From the IMG/VR virus record IMGVR_UViG_3300037518_000112, positions 1-31,479 of that record: a stretch of 31,479 nucleotides of DNA; one strand, written 5' to 3'. The notes under the pieces are model-generated. The model had not been told where the DNA came from. It saw only the letters and a program-made list of their open reading frames with translations, and did not search any database. This document shows positions 9,211 to 17,596 of this stretch, in pieces. Within the stretch, counting starts at the first letter, position 1. Every line of letters begins with the position of its first letter. The position numbers were made by a program, and so were the translations under genes. Source of the stretch: a virus (lineage: Duplodnaviria; Caudoviricetes).

Positions 9211-10117
9211 AATAGAAAGTAAAGTAGCAGGGTATTATAAACTGGAAGCGGTTAAATTGGATAAGGCGGGGAATGAGGTTTCTCGTCGGGTAGTGGCAGA
9301 CTGGTTTCCCAATTTGATAACCAATCAAGGCTTAAATCGAATGGGGGCAAACGCAGATTATTTAAGTAACTGTCAAGTCGGCAGTGGATCGAATGCGCCA
9401 GCCTTTACTAATACAGGACTTCAGACATTTATAGCCTCTACAGCTACTGCTGCAAGCACTATTAACAGCACTCTTTCAATTTCCCCCTATTATGCAGAAA
9501 GAGTTACTGTTTTCCGATTTGCTGAGGGGGTTGCGGCCGGGAATCTGGCAGAGGTTGGGGTTGGTTGGTCTGCTAGTAATGGATTTTTATTTTCCAGGGC
9601 TTTGATACTCGACGGAATGGGGGCACCGACCACCATAACAATTTTATCGGATGAAACACTGGATGTAAGTTATAGTTTTAGGTTTTATCCAAAATTAATT
9701 GATGATATTGGTACAACCATTTTTACAGGCAATATTGGCGGATCTTATGATTGGATATTTAGAGCCGCTCAAGTTGGAACAACCAACTGGAACACTACAA
9801 GCGCTGGTAATCGTTTAAATATGGGAACTGTCGCTTCGGAGTTGCTTAAAACTGGAGATATTGACACTATAACAAATCAACCTGGAGGAATCTCAGCCGC
9901 TCCAACAACCGCTGTACTGTCCTATGTAAACGATAGTTTTGAGAGGGGCTTTACGATTTCCGCTGGCTTAACCGTTGCAAATTTAGTTGGGGGGATTAGG
10001 TCTTTTGTAGCTACGTTTGGTATAGGTAAATTTCAACTTCAATTTGATCCGGCTATTCCAAAAACCTCTTCTGATCTACTCAGCTTTGTTATTAAACATT
10101 CCTGGGGGAGGTTTTAA
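9200..10117 (+). CDS. Putative tail / receptor-binding protein
   Basis: ATG 9200 preferred (305 aa); DWFPNLITNQGLNRMG, GNLAEVGVG, LFSRALILD motifs seen in phage tail proteins; Thr/Ser/Gly-rich. Confidence 0.65.
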   Translation: MELKIESKVAGYYKLEAVKLDKAGNEVSRRVVADWFPNLITNQGLNRMGANADYLSNCQVGSGSNAPAFTNTGLQTFIASTATAASTINSTLSISPYYAERVTVFRFAEGVAAGNLAEVGVGWSASNGFLFSRALILDGMGAPTTITILSDETLDVSYSFRFYPKLIDDIGTTIFTGNIGGSYDWIFRAAQVGTTNWNTTSAGNRLNMGTVASELLKTGDIDTITNQPGGISAAPTTAVLSYVNDSFERGFTISAGLTVANLVGGIRSFVATFGIGKFQLQFDPAIPKTSSDLLSFVIKHSWGRF

Positions 10118-10699
10118 ATGCTGCCAGATGGGGTATTATCAACTATACCGATTCCGGGGCTATTTCTTGGCTCTAGGATGCTGTTTGTATCTCCTACCAG
10201 GGATTATGAAGACGGGGGAATTGCGCTGAATGACCCTTCCCAAGGGTTGCAATATCAGCGGTGGCGGTGTCGGATATTTGGGGATTACGTTGTGCTGGAT
10301 GCGGAAGAGGTATTGCCACAAGTTATCTTTGTTGGAGCGGAGCTGACGGAGTGTAGCATTGCCTTTGATCAGAGTATGCGACCGGCGCTGGCGGTGGTTG
10401 AGGCGGGGCAGGCGAAGTTGCAATGGTTTGATACTTCTGTTGGGGAGCAGGTTATTACCTTCCTCGACCCGGATGTGGTTACCCCGCGGGTTACGCTGGA
10501 TGATAAGCGGAATAGGCAGTCAGATGTATCAGATATTATATTGGCTTATGTGCGGCTGGGGGGGTTGTACTACCGACAGCAAAGGGATAGGTTTTTAATA
10601 GAATATTTGCTGGATGCCGGACCACATACCGGTATAAATAAGATCGGGATGAATAAGCATTTTCGATTACAATTTTCAATGATGGAGGTTGCACCTTGA
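10118..10699 (+). CDS. Putative tail protein
   Basis: 193 aa, GGAGG RBS; DYEDGGIALNDPSQG, SIAFDQSMRP, LYYRQQRDRF motifs; last large gene of tail cassette. Confidence 0.65.
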   Translation: MLPDGVLSTIPIPGLFLGSRMLFVSPTRDYEDGGIALNDPSQGLQYQRWRCRIFGDYVVLDAEEVLPQVIFVGAELTECSIAFDQSMRPALAVVEAGQAKLQWFDTSVGEQVITFLDPDVVTPRVTLDDKRNRQSDVSDIILAYVRLGGLYYRQQRDRFLIEYLLDAGPHTGINKIGMNKHFRLQFSMMEVAP

Positions 10700-10767
10700 G
10701 ATGTATGAACTGCGGAGCGATAATCGAAGGGAGTAAGTGTCAATGGTGCGGGTGGTGTGAGGACTGA
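10696..10767 (+). CDS. 23-aa zinc-ribbon microprotein (not in ORF track)
   Basis: TTG start overlapping upstream TGA, GGAGGT 6 nt upstream; MRCMNCGAIIEGSKCQWCGWCED has CxxC-x8-CxxC. Confidence 0.55.
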   Translation: MRCMNCGAIIEGSKCQWCGWCED

Positions 10768-10803
10768 GAAGGGGGATAGTTGACCTGGAAGGTTGATTAA
10801 GGT

Positions 10804-10837
10804 GGCGGGGAGAGTTAACCACTCTCCCCGCCTTTTT
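10804..10837 (+). terminator. Intrinsic terminator between convergent blocks
   Basis: Perfect 12-bp stem GGCGGGGAGAGT/ACTCTCCCCGCC, 5-nt loop, then TTTTT. Confidence 0.85.
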
Positions 10838-10841
10838 GCTT

Positions 10842-12032
10842 TTAGATGATAGCCACTAGACATTGGTCGCCGTTTATAAGGTCCATGCGCACGAAGCCAG
10901 CCCGAATCAACCCCGCGAGAATGTCCTCGAAATCCCTAGCGGATGGGAAATGCACGTGGATGAAGCGGTAGGCTTCCTCGTATTTCACGGTGCCGGATTT
11001 GTGGATGAATTGGACTAGGCGGTCAGCATAGAAAGAATAGTCCGATTTGCCGATCTTCGAGAATACTCTAGCCATATCCGGTTCGAGGTCGGTTACCATT
11101 GCGTTAGCTACCGATAGATGATTCTCGGTTATTAACATATCATTGCCTTCGGAAGCCGCTAATACCATTGCTAGTTTGTGGATATGAGTTTGTTTTCGGG
11201 CGATGTAGCCGCCGAACCGTTCATCATCGAGTGACAACGACCGCTCAGAATAATGTTTCCTATACCATTCCCCTCCCCACCCCTTCGCCTCCTTTGTTAT
11301 GGTGTATGGGCCGATGGGAGTTTCCGCTATGTCGATTAGATCTTCGATTAACTTCTCTGCGACCTCGTCGTGGTCTTCCGGTACAACGTCCATTAGATAG
11401 GGAACGAGCTTGGTTTTTTCCTCTGCGTAGACGAACACGCAGCGGGAAGTAAACCCACCGCCAAGCATATATTCTGGAAAGTTACCGGCTATCCAAGAAG
11501 GAGTTGTACAGGCGATGAGATTAATCCAAGGATTTTCCACTTCATCCGAGCCTGCGTTTTTTGTTTTCTTGACGAAGTTGCCTTGCTTTCCGTCCCAGAG
11601 GGCTACTAGCAAATCAACCATCTCCCGGTCCTGCGGGTTGAGCAAGTTCCCGAACTCGGAGGATTCAAGGGTAACGGGAGATTGTACGTGGATTAATTCT
11701 TTGTAATCGAATCCGGAAGTCGAGTCCCCGAACGCGGATATCAGAGCTTGCCAAGTCACAACATCTGGGCCGAATACTATTCCTGGGACTTTGCGAAGTA
11801 AGCTCATTCCGATTGTAACGGTTGAGGACTTCTGCACTATTCCCGGCGGAGCAACCAGCACAATGTAGAAATTTGGAAACCACTTGAAATAGACTTGGTC
11901 TATCCAGACCCGCCTTCGCAGCGCCCCGGCTATAACGGAAACCCCTGTCCAGAAAGACATATGTCTGGGGGCTTCACCATAGCCGGCGTAGTCGATGTAT
12001 GCGGATAGCCAGTCGGAATAATTACGAGACAT
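10842..12032 (-). CDS. DUF3987-type P-loop NTPase (putative replicative helicase)
   Basis: 396 aa; PNFYIVLVAPPGIVQKSS (Walker A-like), SSEFG, LWDG, GGFTSR; C-terminal winged-helix-like segment; near polymerase. Confidence 0.7.
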   Translation of the reverse strand: MSRNYSDWLSAYIDYAGYGEAPRHMSFWTGVSVIAGALRRRVWIDQVYFKWFPNFYIVLVAPPGIVQKSSTVTIGMSLLRKVPGIVFGPDVVTWQALISAFGDSTSGFDYKELIHVQSPVTLESSEFGNLLNPQDREMVDLLVALWDGKQGNFVKKTKNAGSDEVENPWINLIACTTPSWIAGNFPEYMLGGGFTSRCVFVYAEEKTKLVPYLMDVVPEDHDEVAEKLIEDLIDIAETPIGPYTITKEAKGWGGEWYRKHYSERSLSLDDERFGGYIARKQTHIHKLAMVLAASEGNDMLITENHLSVANAMVTDLEPDMARVFSKIGKSDYSFYADRLVQFIHKSGTVKYEEAYRFIHVHFPSARDFEDILAGLIRAGFVRMDLINGDQCLVAII

Positions 12033-12042
12033 AGGGCAGTCC

Positions 12043-12243
12043 TTAGGGCTTAGCCCACATTGCTTTGGGGGTTTGTTTGATGCGATTTATTAGCTTCTTG
12101 TGCAAATGCTCCGGCAAGCCACCAGCCAGCTCCACCGAGAAATCGGAACCAAGGAGGTCTATTCTGGTAAAAACTGGGGTGTCTTTAAGGTGCTGGATTG
12201 TTGCTATCATTTGCTTTTTTGATCTGACGATGTAGGTTTGCAT
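12043..12243 (-). CDS. Hypothetical protein (66 aa)
   Basis: ATG at 12243 overlaps upstream stop, AAGGA upstream; fills the operon gap. Confidence 0.55.
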   Translation of the reverse strand: MQTYIVRSKKQMIATIQHLKDTPVFTRIDLLGSDFSVELAGGLPEHLHKKLINRIKQTPKAMWAKP

Positions 12244-12569
12244 TAGCGATAGTCCTTTAGTTCTCGATACGTAACGGGTATACCAGCACACTTTGCTGCG
12301 CGTATCCCATAATTCATTCCCTCTGTTACCCCTTTGTCGACATAAACCACAGTCTCCTGCGCAACAGCTCTCCAAGCCAGACCCGCGTCTACCCCTTGTT
12401 GGCGTTCCTCTGGAATACTATCATCTAATACCCCTTTTTGCGTGTATAACAAATGGGAAGCAATCGGAGCCTCCCCCCGTAACAAACAATCCCTTACACA
12501 GGCTCTTGCATATCTCACATTCTCTTCTATATCCCCTGCATAAGGACTTTCTAATATTACCAATCTCAT
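12243..12569 (-). CDS. DUF4406-like / nucleoside deoxyribosyltransferase-like fold protein
   Basis: MRLVILESPYAGDIEENVRYAR...PIASHLLY...GMNYGI; start at 12569 after AGGAGGAG. Confidence 0.65.
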   Translation of the reverse strand: MRLVILESPYAGDIEENVRYARACVRDCLLRGEAPIASHLLYTQKGVLDDSIPEERQQGVDAGLAWRAVAQETVVYVDKGVTEGMNYGIRAAKCAGIPVTYRELKDYR

Positions 12570-12757
12570 CCTTGCTCCTCCTTTGGTATACAATCAAAAT
12601 TGTCAATAATATCATCGAATTTATCGTGGCACTCAGCATCGGGGTCAGTGCAAGTTTTGTGAACAATTTTCTTATAACCAGCAACCTCTATTTCTTTGAA
12701 GTGGTTACCATATAACTTCTTTCCACATTCCCAACAAAACCTTACCCTGGGCTTCAT
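12566..12757 (-). CDS. Small Cys/His protein (63 aa)
   Basis: ATGA overlap with polymerase stop; CWEC...HKTC possible zinc site. Confidence 0.55.
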   Translation of the reverse strand: MKPRVRFCWECGKKLYGNHFKEIEVAGYKKIVHKTCTDPDAECHDKFDDIIDNFDCIPKEEQG

Positions 12758-15126
12758 CCACACTCCCCCCAACTCTTAGTTGAATATTTAATACCGACCG
12801 GGATGATAGTAGGGTCGGAATAAGGCAACACGATCTGCGCCTCTTCGATTATACGTTTCCTGCACCACTCAGCCTTGGCTATTGGATACTGCCCGGCGAG
12901 GGAATCATGGACTTGCAATTGGATTTCCACCTCCTTCAGGTTTTCGTAGATGTTCATGTAGATGCGGTTGATAAGACAGCCAACGGTTGACTGTGGAATC
13001 CACGCGATGACTTGATTCATTATGGTTCCTTCGATCTTCCCGAAGATATAGTATCGATAACCAAACACGTTGCTGACCATCCTGCGAGTGAGGACTTGGT
13101 TTTTGATTTTTTCGTGCCATGCTTTAATCTCCGGAAACTTCCCGAAATACCATTTCTGCAATTCATCGACAATATGACGCGACAAACCAAGTCTATCTGC
13201 CAATCCTGCAGAGGTTCCAAGGTAGTTAGTGCCGTGACAAAAGCTTTTAAATGTTCCATATTGAGGGGAACGCTTTGTGAGTGTTGGGTCATTGTAGTAT
13301 TCCTTCATAACTTCGACGTAGACTTTTTTCCCTTCATTGATCATCGCCTTCATTTCCGGAACTCCAGCTTCGTAGCAGACAACGCGGAGGTCGGCGGAAT
13401 CCAGATCGATGTCGAAGTACTCGCAGCCCTGGTCAGGGATGAATAAGGTTCGAATATTTGGGAGTTCCAATCCGCTTTCCTCTTCCCCGCCTGCGGGGAT
13501 GTTTTGTAGGTTCATCCCTGAGCCGAACGCGTTCTTGGAGCTGGCGAAGCGGTATGTCTCGGTGCCCGCGGTCTTGAACATGCACCGAGTTTTTCCGTCG
13601 ATGTCTAATCCTGACCGAACGAAGGTTGAGAGGAAGACGCCCAGGCTGCGCATTTCCGATATCTTATTACAAAGGGGCTTGAGGAGCGGTTCCCGCTCGG
13701 CAATCTTCCGCAGGGCTTCATCGTCGGTTGTCACCGCCCTTGTCACTCGCTTATGGATTGGTTTTTGTTTCAAGTCCTCATAGAACAGGGTTTGCATTTG
13801 CTGCGGAGAGCGGATATTAACCACATAGCCCAGGAGATCGAATATCCACTGTTCGCGCGCGGCGATCTCTTCAAACAAGACCATAGCAAAGCGATTCCGT
13901 TCTTCCTTGTCGATTCGGATACCCCTGACCATAGTTTCCAGCACCGGCCAGAAGAGCTTGTTTTGGAAATCAGCTACCGCGCGGAGTCCCATCTTGTCAA
14001 TTGCCGCTTGCTGCGCGGTATCGACTTCGTAGGTGATAACTGCATCCTTGCTGCCATATGACCAGAGCTGCTCTTCATCCATATCCGCTGTCCATTCCTT
14101 CCCTTCCGACTTCCAATATACGTGGTATTCGCAGTACATGGATGATAGGAAATCCAACCCTTTCTCCATGGTTGAGAACATCGCGTGCTGGGAGATCATG
14201 GTGTCTCGGAGCAAAGCAGGAAGGAATAGCAAATACCGCTCGAAATACTGCTCATCATAGTGGAAATTTTGGCCGATTACTGCCACATTACGATGGGTTA
14301 GGAGTTTGTAGAGCTTGTACATAAGTACGGTTTCTTCGTCCAGGGTCCAATATCCTTCTATTCGTTCAACGCACATCAAGGGGATGCAGATTGCATCGAG
14401 GGTTGACCATGCAATCTGCATACAGGCTATCTGATAGGACCGGGTTTCGATGTCTACGCCGAGCTTCAAGGGGCCGCGATCGGCAGAGCGGATTAGGGTT
14501 TCCAGGGTGGCCAAAGCGGTTCCGAAATCCGGGCGGATTATGAAATTGTAATCCGGGGGGATTAGGTCTCTGCTCTGGCTTGCCTTAATTACCCTACGCA
14601 AATCCTGCTGCGCAATTGGCCTCCATTCCCACTTGGCCATTATGCGGCCGATGGGGTAGACGGGGATTACCTTGGGCTGGTATGATAGGCCCGGCAGGAT
14701 GCAAGGGAGGGTTGAGCCGCGCCAATTGGTAATACCCCACTTCCCCGTCAGCAACAGCATTGCCGTATTACCAAAGGCGATTATCACATTCGGCTGACAG
14801 GACTCAATCTCCCGAGCTAGGATTTCCTGCGCCTCATGGACAAAGTTGAGCGCTGGTTTGCCATGCAAAGGGGAGTGCAAAGAGGTTATGTCTTTCTTTT
14901 TCTGAGCGAAAAACGAATGCCCTCCGTCCGGGGAATATTGCCGCACCGCCCAGGTTGAGTAGCAGCTAGAGAGCTGGATCCCGACCTCGGATAGGAGTTT
15001 GCCCAGTTCCCCGCCGAGGTACCCGGAGAAAGGTTCTCCGGATTCCAGATCCGCTTTCCGAAAGCACTCGTCCACCAGCATGATGCGGGAAGGGAGCGGG
15101 CCGATTGGCCTGGGGGTTTTAGACAT
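12754..15126 (-). CDS. Family A DNA polymerase with N-terminal uracil-DNA-glycosylase-like domain and 3'-5' exonuclease
   Basis: UDG family 4-like N-terminus (GEPFSG, QPNVIIAFGNTA, ITNWRGS); exo motifs DIET, QNFHYD, YGSKD; pol motifs NLQNIP, DLDSADLR, KSFCHGTNY, QVHDSL. Confidence 0.92.
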   Translation of the reverse strand: MSKTPRPIGPLPSRIMLVDECFRKADLESGEPFSGYLGGELGKLLSEVGIQLSSCYSTWAVRQYSPDGGHSFFAQKKKDITSLHSPLHGKPALNFVHEAQEILAREIESCQPNVIIAFGNTAMLLLTGKWGITNWRGSTLPCILPGLSYQPKVIPVYPIGRIMAKWEWRPIAQQDLRRVIKASQSRDLIPPDYNFIIRPDFGTALATLETLIRSADRGPLKLGVDIETRSYQIACMQIAWSTLDAICIPLMCVERIEGYWTLDEETVLMYKLYKLLTHRNVAVIGQNFHYDEQYFERYLLFLPALLRDTMISQHAMFSTMEKGLDFLSSMYCEYHVYWKSEGKEWTADMDEEQLWSYGSKDAVITYEVDTAQQAAIDKMGLRAVADFQNKLFWPVLETMVRGIRIDKEERNRFAMVLFEEIAAREQWIFDLLGYVVNIRSPQQMQTLFYEDLKQKPIHKRVTRAVTTDDEALRKIAEREPLLKPLCNKISEMRSLGVFLSTFVRSGLDIDGKTRCMFKTAGTETYRFASSKNAFGSGMNLQNIPAGGEEESGLELPNIRTLFIPDQGCEYFDIDLDSADLRVVCYEAGVPEMKAMINEGKKVYVEVMKEYYNDPTLTKRSPQYGTFKSFCHGTNYLGTSAGLADRLGLSRHIVDELQKWYFGKFPEIKAWHEKIKNQVLTRRMVSNVFGYRYYIFGKIEGTIMNQVIAWIPQSTVGCLINRIYMNIYENLKEVEIQLQVHDSLAGQYPIAKAEWCRKRIIEEAQIVLPYSDPTIIPVGIKYSTKSWGECG

Positions 15127-16465
15127 TGGGGAGTTCCTCCAAGGCTTTCAGCCTCTCACAACAAATTGCATAATATTCCTTCTCTTTCTCCAGCACAATC
15201 GCTTTGCATTGGAAATGATGCGCGGCAGGGATGATCGGTCCGGTTCCGGCGAAGCAATCCAGGACGGTGTCGCCTGGGCGGACGGATCGTTGCAAGAGGT
15301 TCTTGAACAATGCCACTGGCTTCTGCGCTCCGTGGGACAGCTGCTCATCCGCCGTGGTTGAGATAACATCTGGATAGATGTGGGTTACAGGCTTTTTCCC
15401 TTTGATCGCATAGAGCAGGGTTTCGTATTGGCGGCGTGGGCCTTGATCTGGCAATGGGACTCGACCGGAGTTCGGCTTGACGCAGATGAACGGGGTGCGG
15501 AAAACGTACCATCCGGCTTGTTGCATTAGGGTACGGAGGACAGAGAAGTTGTCGATATCGCAAAACACATAGGCGTGGGCCTGGGACTTGCAGACTTGGT
15601 AGGACAACGGACACCAGGCTTCCATTAGAAGATACCAACTTTCATAAGAATCGTCGTAATGGTGTTCGATTCCTGTGAGTTTTCCAGCCGCGTTGCCGAA
15701 GGAATCCGCGCCCATACCATAGGGAGGGTCTGTGCAGATTACATCAACAAGCTCTCCACCTCCCTCAACAATAGCTTCCATCCATTTAATGCAATCAAAG
15801 TTCTTTACCTCATGGATAGCTGAGTTGAAAGTTCTCCCGGTTTCCTCGGCAAGTGCAATATTCCTCTCCCGATTCTCCTGCTGCTTCAACAGCTTAAAGG
15901 CTTCATCGACGGTCTTGGCTTTCTGAATTTCCGGGTTGCCGAGGTGCTTGGCTACGATGAGTTCCCGGCGGACTTTATCTTGATAGGCCCCGTCTGAGCG
16001 GCCGGAGAGTTCTTTAGCGGTGTCGGCTACGGACCAATCATCCAGAGATTCATCTGAAGCTTGGGCTAGTTCCATCTGCTTTGCTCGCAGCTTATGCAAC
16101 CTCTCATGGGCCGCTGCCAACTCCTGCCAAGTCAAGTCCCTCCGCTTAAGGTTCTCATCCAGCTCTGCTTCCTCCGCCTCCAGGAAAGAAAGCTCCCCCA
16201 GAGTCACGTATGGTACCGAGCCAGGTTCGATTACCTTATTATTATAGAACAGGGAATGGCCAAGCATGAAGAGGTCTTCGATTGCGCGCAAGCGGCGTTC
16301 ACCGGAAACAAGGGTGAGGCCTTCTGAAGTCTCTCGGACAACCGGAGCGTGGAGCAATCCGATCTCCGCGATGGAAGTTGTTAGTTCCATTAGGGAATCA
16401 GGGGAGAACTCCTGGCGTTGGCGGTTCGGGGAGATTAGGATTGAGGAAATGGGAATTGTGTTCAA
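15119..16465 (-). CDS. ParB-like N-terminal domain fused to N6A/N4C DNA methyltransferase (beta class)
   Basis: GLLHAPVV, SGERRLRA, ELDENLKR (ParB/Srx); TDPPYG before HGAQKP and DCFAGTG; TTG start with GGAGG. Confidence 0.88.
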   Translation of the reverse strand: MNTIPISSILISPNRQRQEFSPDSLMELTTSIAEIGLLHAPVVRETSEGLTLVSGERRLRAIEDLFMLGHSLFYNNKVIEPGSVPYVTLGELSFLEAEEAELDENLKRRDLTWQELAAAHERLHKLRAKQMELAQASDESLDDWSVADTAKELSGRSDGAYQDKVRRELIVAKHLGNPEIQKAKTVDEAFKLLKQQENRERNIALAEETGRTFNSAIHEVKNFDCIKWMEAIVEGGGELVDVICTDPPYGMGADSFGNAAGKLTGIEHHYDDSYESWYLLMEAWCPLSYQVCKSQAHAYVFCDIDNFSVLRTLMQQAGWYVFRTPFICVKPNSGRVPLPDQGPRRQYETLLYAIKGKKPVTHIYPDVISTTADEQLSHGAQKPVALFKNLLQRSVRPGDTVLDCFAGTGPIIPAAHHFQCKAIVLEKEKEYYAICCERLKALEELPNV

Positions 16466-16878
16466 TTTGTTGCCTCCAAGTTTGTTAGATACTCAATATA
16501 CTTAATAAAACTTTCAAGCTCTTTATTTCTAAGTTTTTGCCAATAGCTTCTTTCCCTGCTCATCATATCGTCAGTATTATTTTGTGCTGTTCCGGCATAC
16601 AAATGCCCTGGATTTACACAACCAGGATTATCACAAGTATGGCAAATAATATTCTTTTTATACTTCCGTATCTCTCCATTAAATAATCTGTAGGAAAGTC
16701 TATAGGCAGAGTGTGTTTTTCCTTTTTGAGAGTATACTCCATAACCTTGAGAATTTTTATCTCCTGTCCATTCCCAGCAACCATATCCCTTTATGTGATT
16801 CTTATTAAATAGAATCCATAATAAGGTAGTTTCATCCGTAATCCCACGGAGTATTGACTCAGCAAATTTCAAACTCAA
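16462..16878 (-). CDS. HNH homing endonuclease 1
   Basis: CWEWTG, GYG, AYRLSY, ICHTCDNPGCVNPGHL, GTAQNN; AT-rich relative to flanks. Confidence 0.88.
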   Translation of the reverse strand: MSLKFAESILRGITDETTLLWILFNKNHIKGYGCWEWTGDKNSQGYGVYSQKGKTHSAYRLSYRLFNGEIRKYKKNIICHTCDNPGCVNPGHLYAGTAQNNTDDMMSRERSYWQKLRNKELESFIKYIEYLTNLEATN

Positions 16879-17026
16879 TTTGGTGCCTCCATTTCAATTT
16901 CTATATGAGGTTTTGGGGTCGCCGTTCAACGATTGACCTCTTCCCGGTGTGGTTGTATGCATAGGAAGAAAAACACCGGAGAGGGGCAAATAGAGCGTCC
17001 CAATCTCCGGCGGATTACACATAAAA

Positions 17027-17476
17027 TTACTTATAGTTTTCTCCAATTCTGTGCAGGATATTATATATAGTTGTTACGGTTGTCTTATAAAGGATAGAAA
17101 GTTCTTTTCTAGTATAAAATTTAGAAGCATCTCTTATTTCATTTGCCTCTTCCTTGGTAAAAGAGAATTTTCTTCCTAGCTTGCCCCTCCTACCCTTACT
17201 AATACAATCATAAATATTGTTTTTCTGTGTAGTCTGCTTTAAGTGGTTTGGATTAAAGCAGATCGGATTATCACAAGTATGTATTACAACTAAGCCTTTT
17301 TTAAGCTTACCAACAAAAAAAGCATAAGATAGCCTATGAGTTTTCCAGTCTTTTCCCTCAGCCTCCAGTTTTCCATAACCATATTTATCTTTTTGCCCTG
17401 TCCATATCCAACATTCATCATCATTTTTGTGGTTATCCACACATTTAAGTAATTTTAATTTTGCCTCATGGGTCAT
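17027..17476 (-). CDS. HNH homing endonuclease 2 with C-terminal helix-turn-helix
   Basis: CWIWTG, THRLSY, IHTCDNPICFNPNHL, TQKNN; start moved to ATG 17476 after AGGAGG; AT-rich. Confidence 0.88.
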   Translation of the reverse strand: MTHEAKLKLLKCVDNHKNDDECWIWTGQKDKYGYGKLEAEGKDWKTHRLSYAFFVGKLKKGLVVIHTCDNPICFNPNHLKQTTQKNNIYDCISKGRRGKLGRKFSFTKEEANEIRDASKFYTRKELSILYKTTVTTIYNILHRIGENYK

Positions 17477-17481
17477 AATAA

Positions 17482-17539
17482 ACCTCCTTTTTGGTTTAAT
17501 TCCAACAATCAAATAAATAACACACACCAAAAAGGAGGT
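17482..17539 (-). promoter_or_regulatory. Hairpin sequestering the Shine-Dalgarno of HNH 2
   Basis: Perfect 14-bp inverted repeat ACCTCCTTTTTGGT (17482-17495) / ACCAAAAAGGAGGT (17526-17539), 30-nt loop. Confidence 0.75.
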
Positions 17540-17561
17540 CAACATTAATTAATTCTTTGCC

Positions 17562-17583
17562 GGGATTACTATATAATAATCCC
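17562..17583. promoter_or_regulatory. GGATTA-N8-TAATCC palindromic box 2
   Basis: GGGATTA ctatataa TAATCCC between SSB-like gene and HNH 2. Confidence 0.55.
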
Positions 17584-17596
17584 TACGATTAACCTC

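Noticed and set aside
8752-10699. Diversity-generating retroelement acting on tail genes
   Set aside because: No reverse transcriptase and no template/variable repeat pair; repeats are in-frame protein repeats
16462-17545. Group I intron hosting the HNH genes
   Set aside because: Flanking SSB-like and ParB-MTase genes look intact and uninterrupted, and no intron core elements were recognised; treated as free-standing endonucleases
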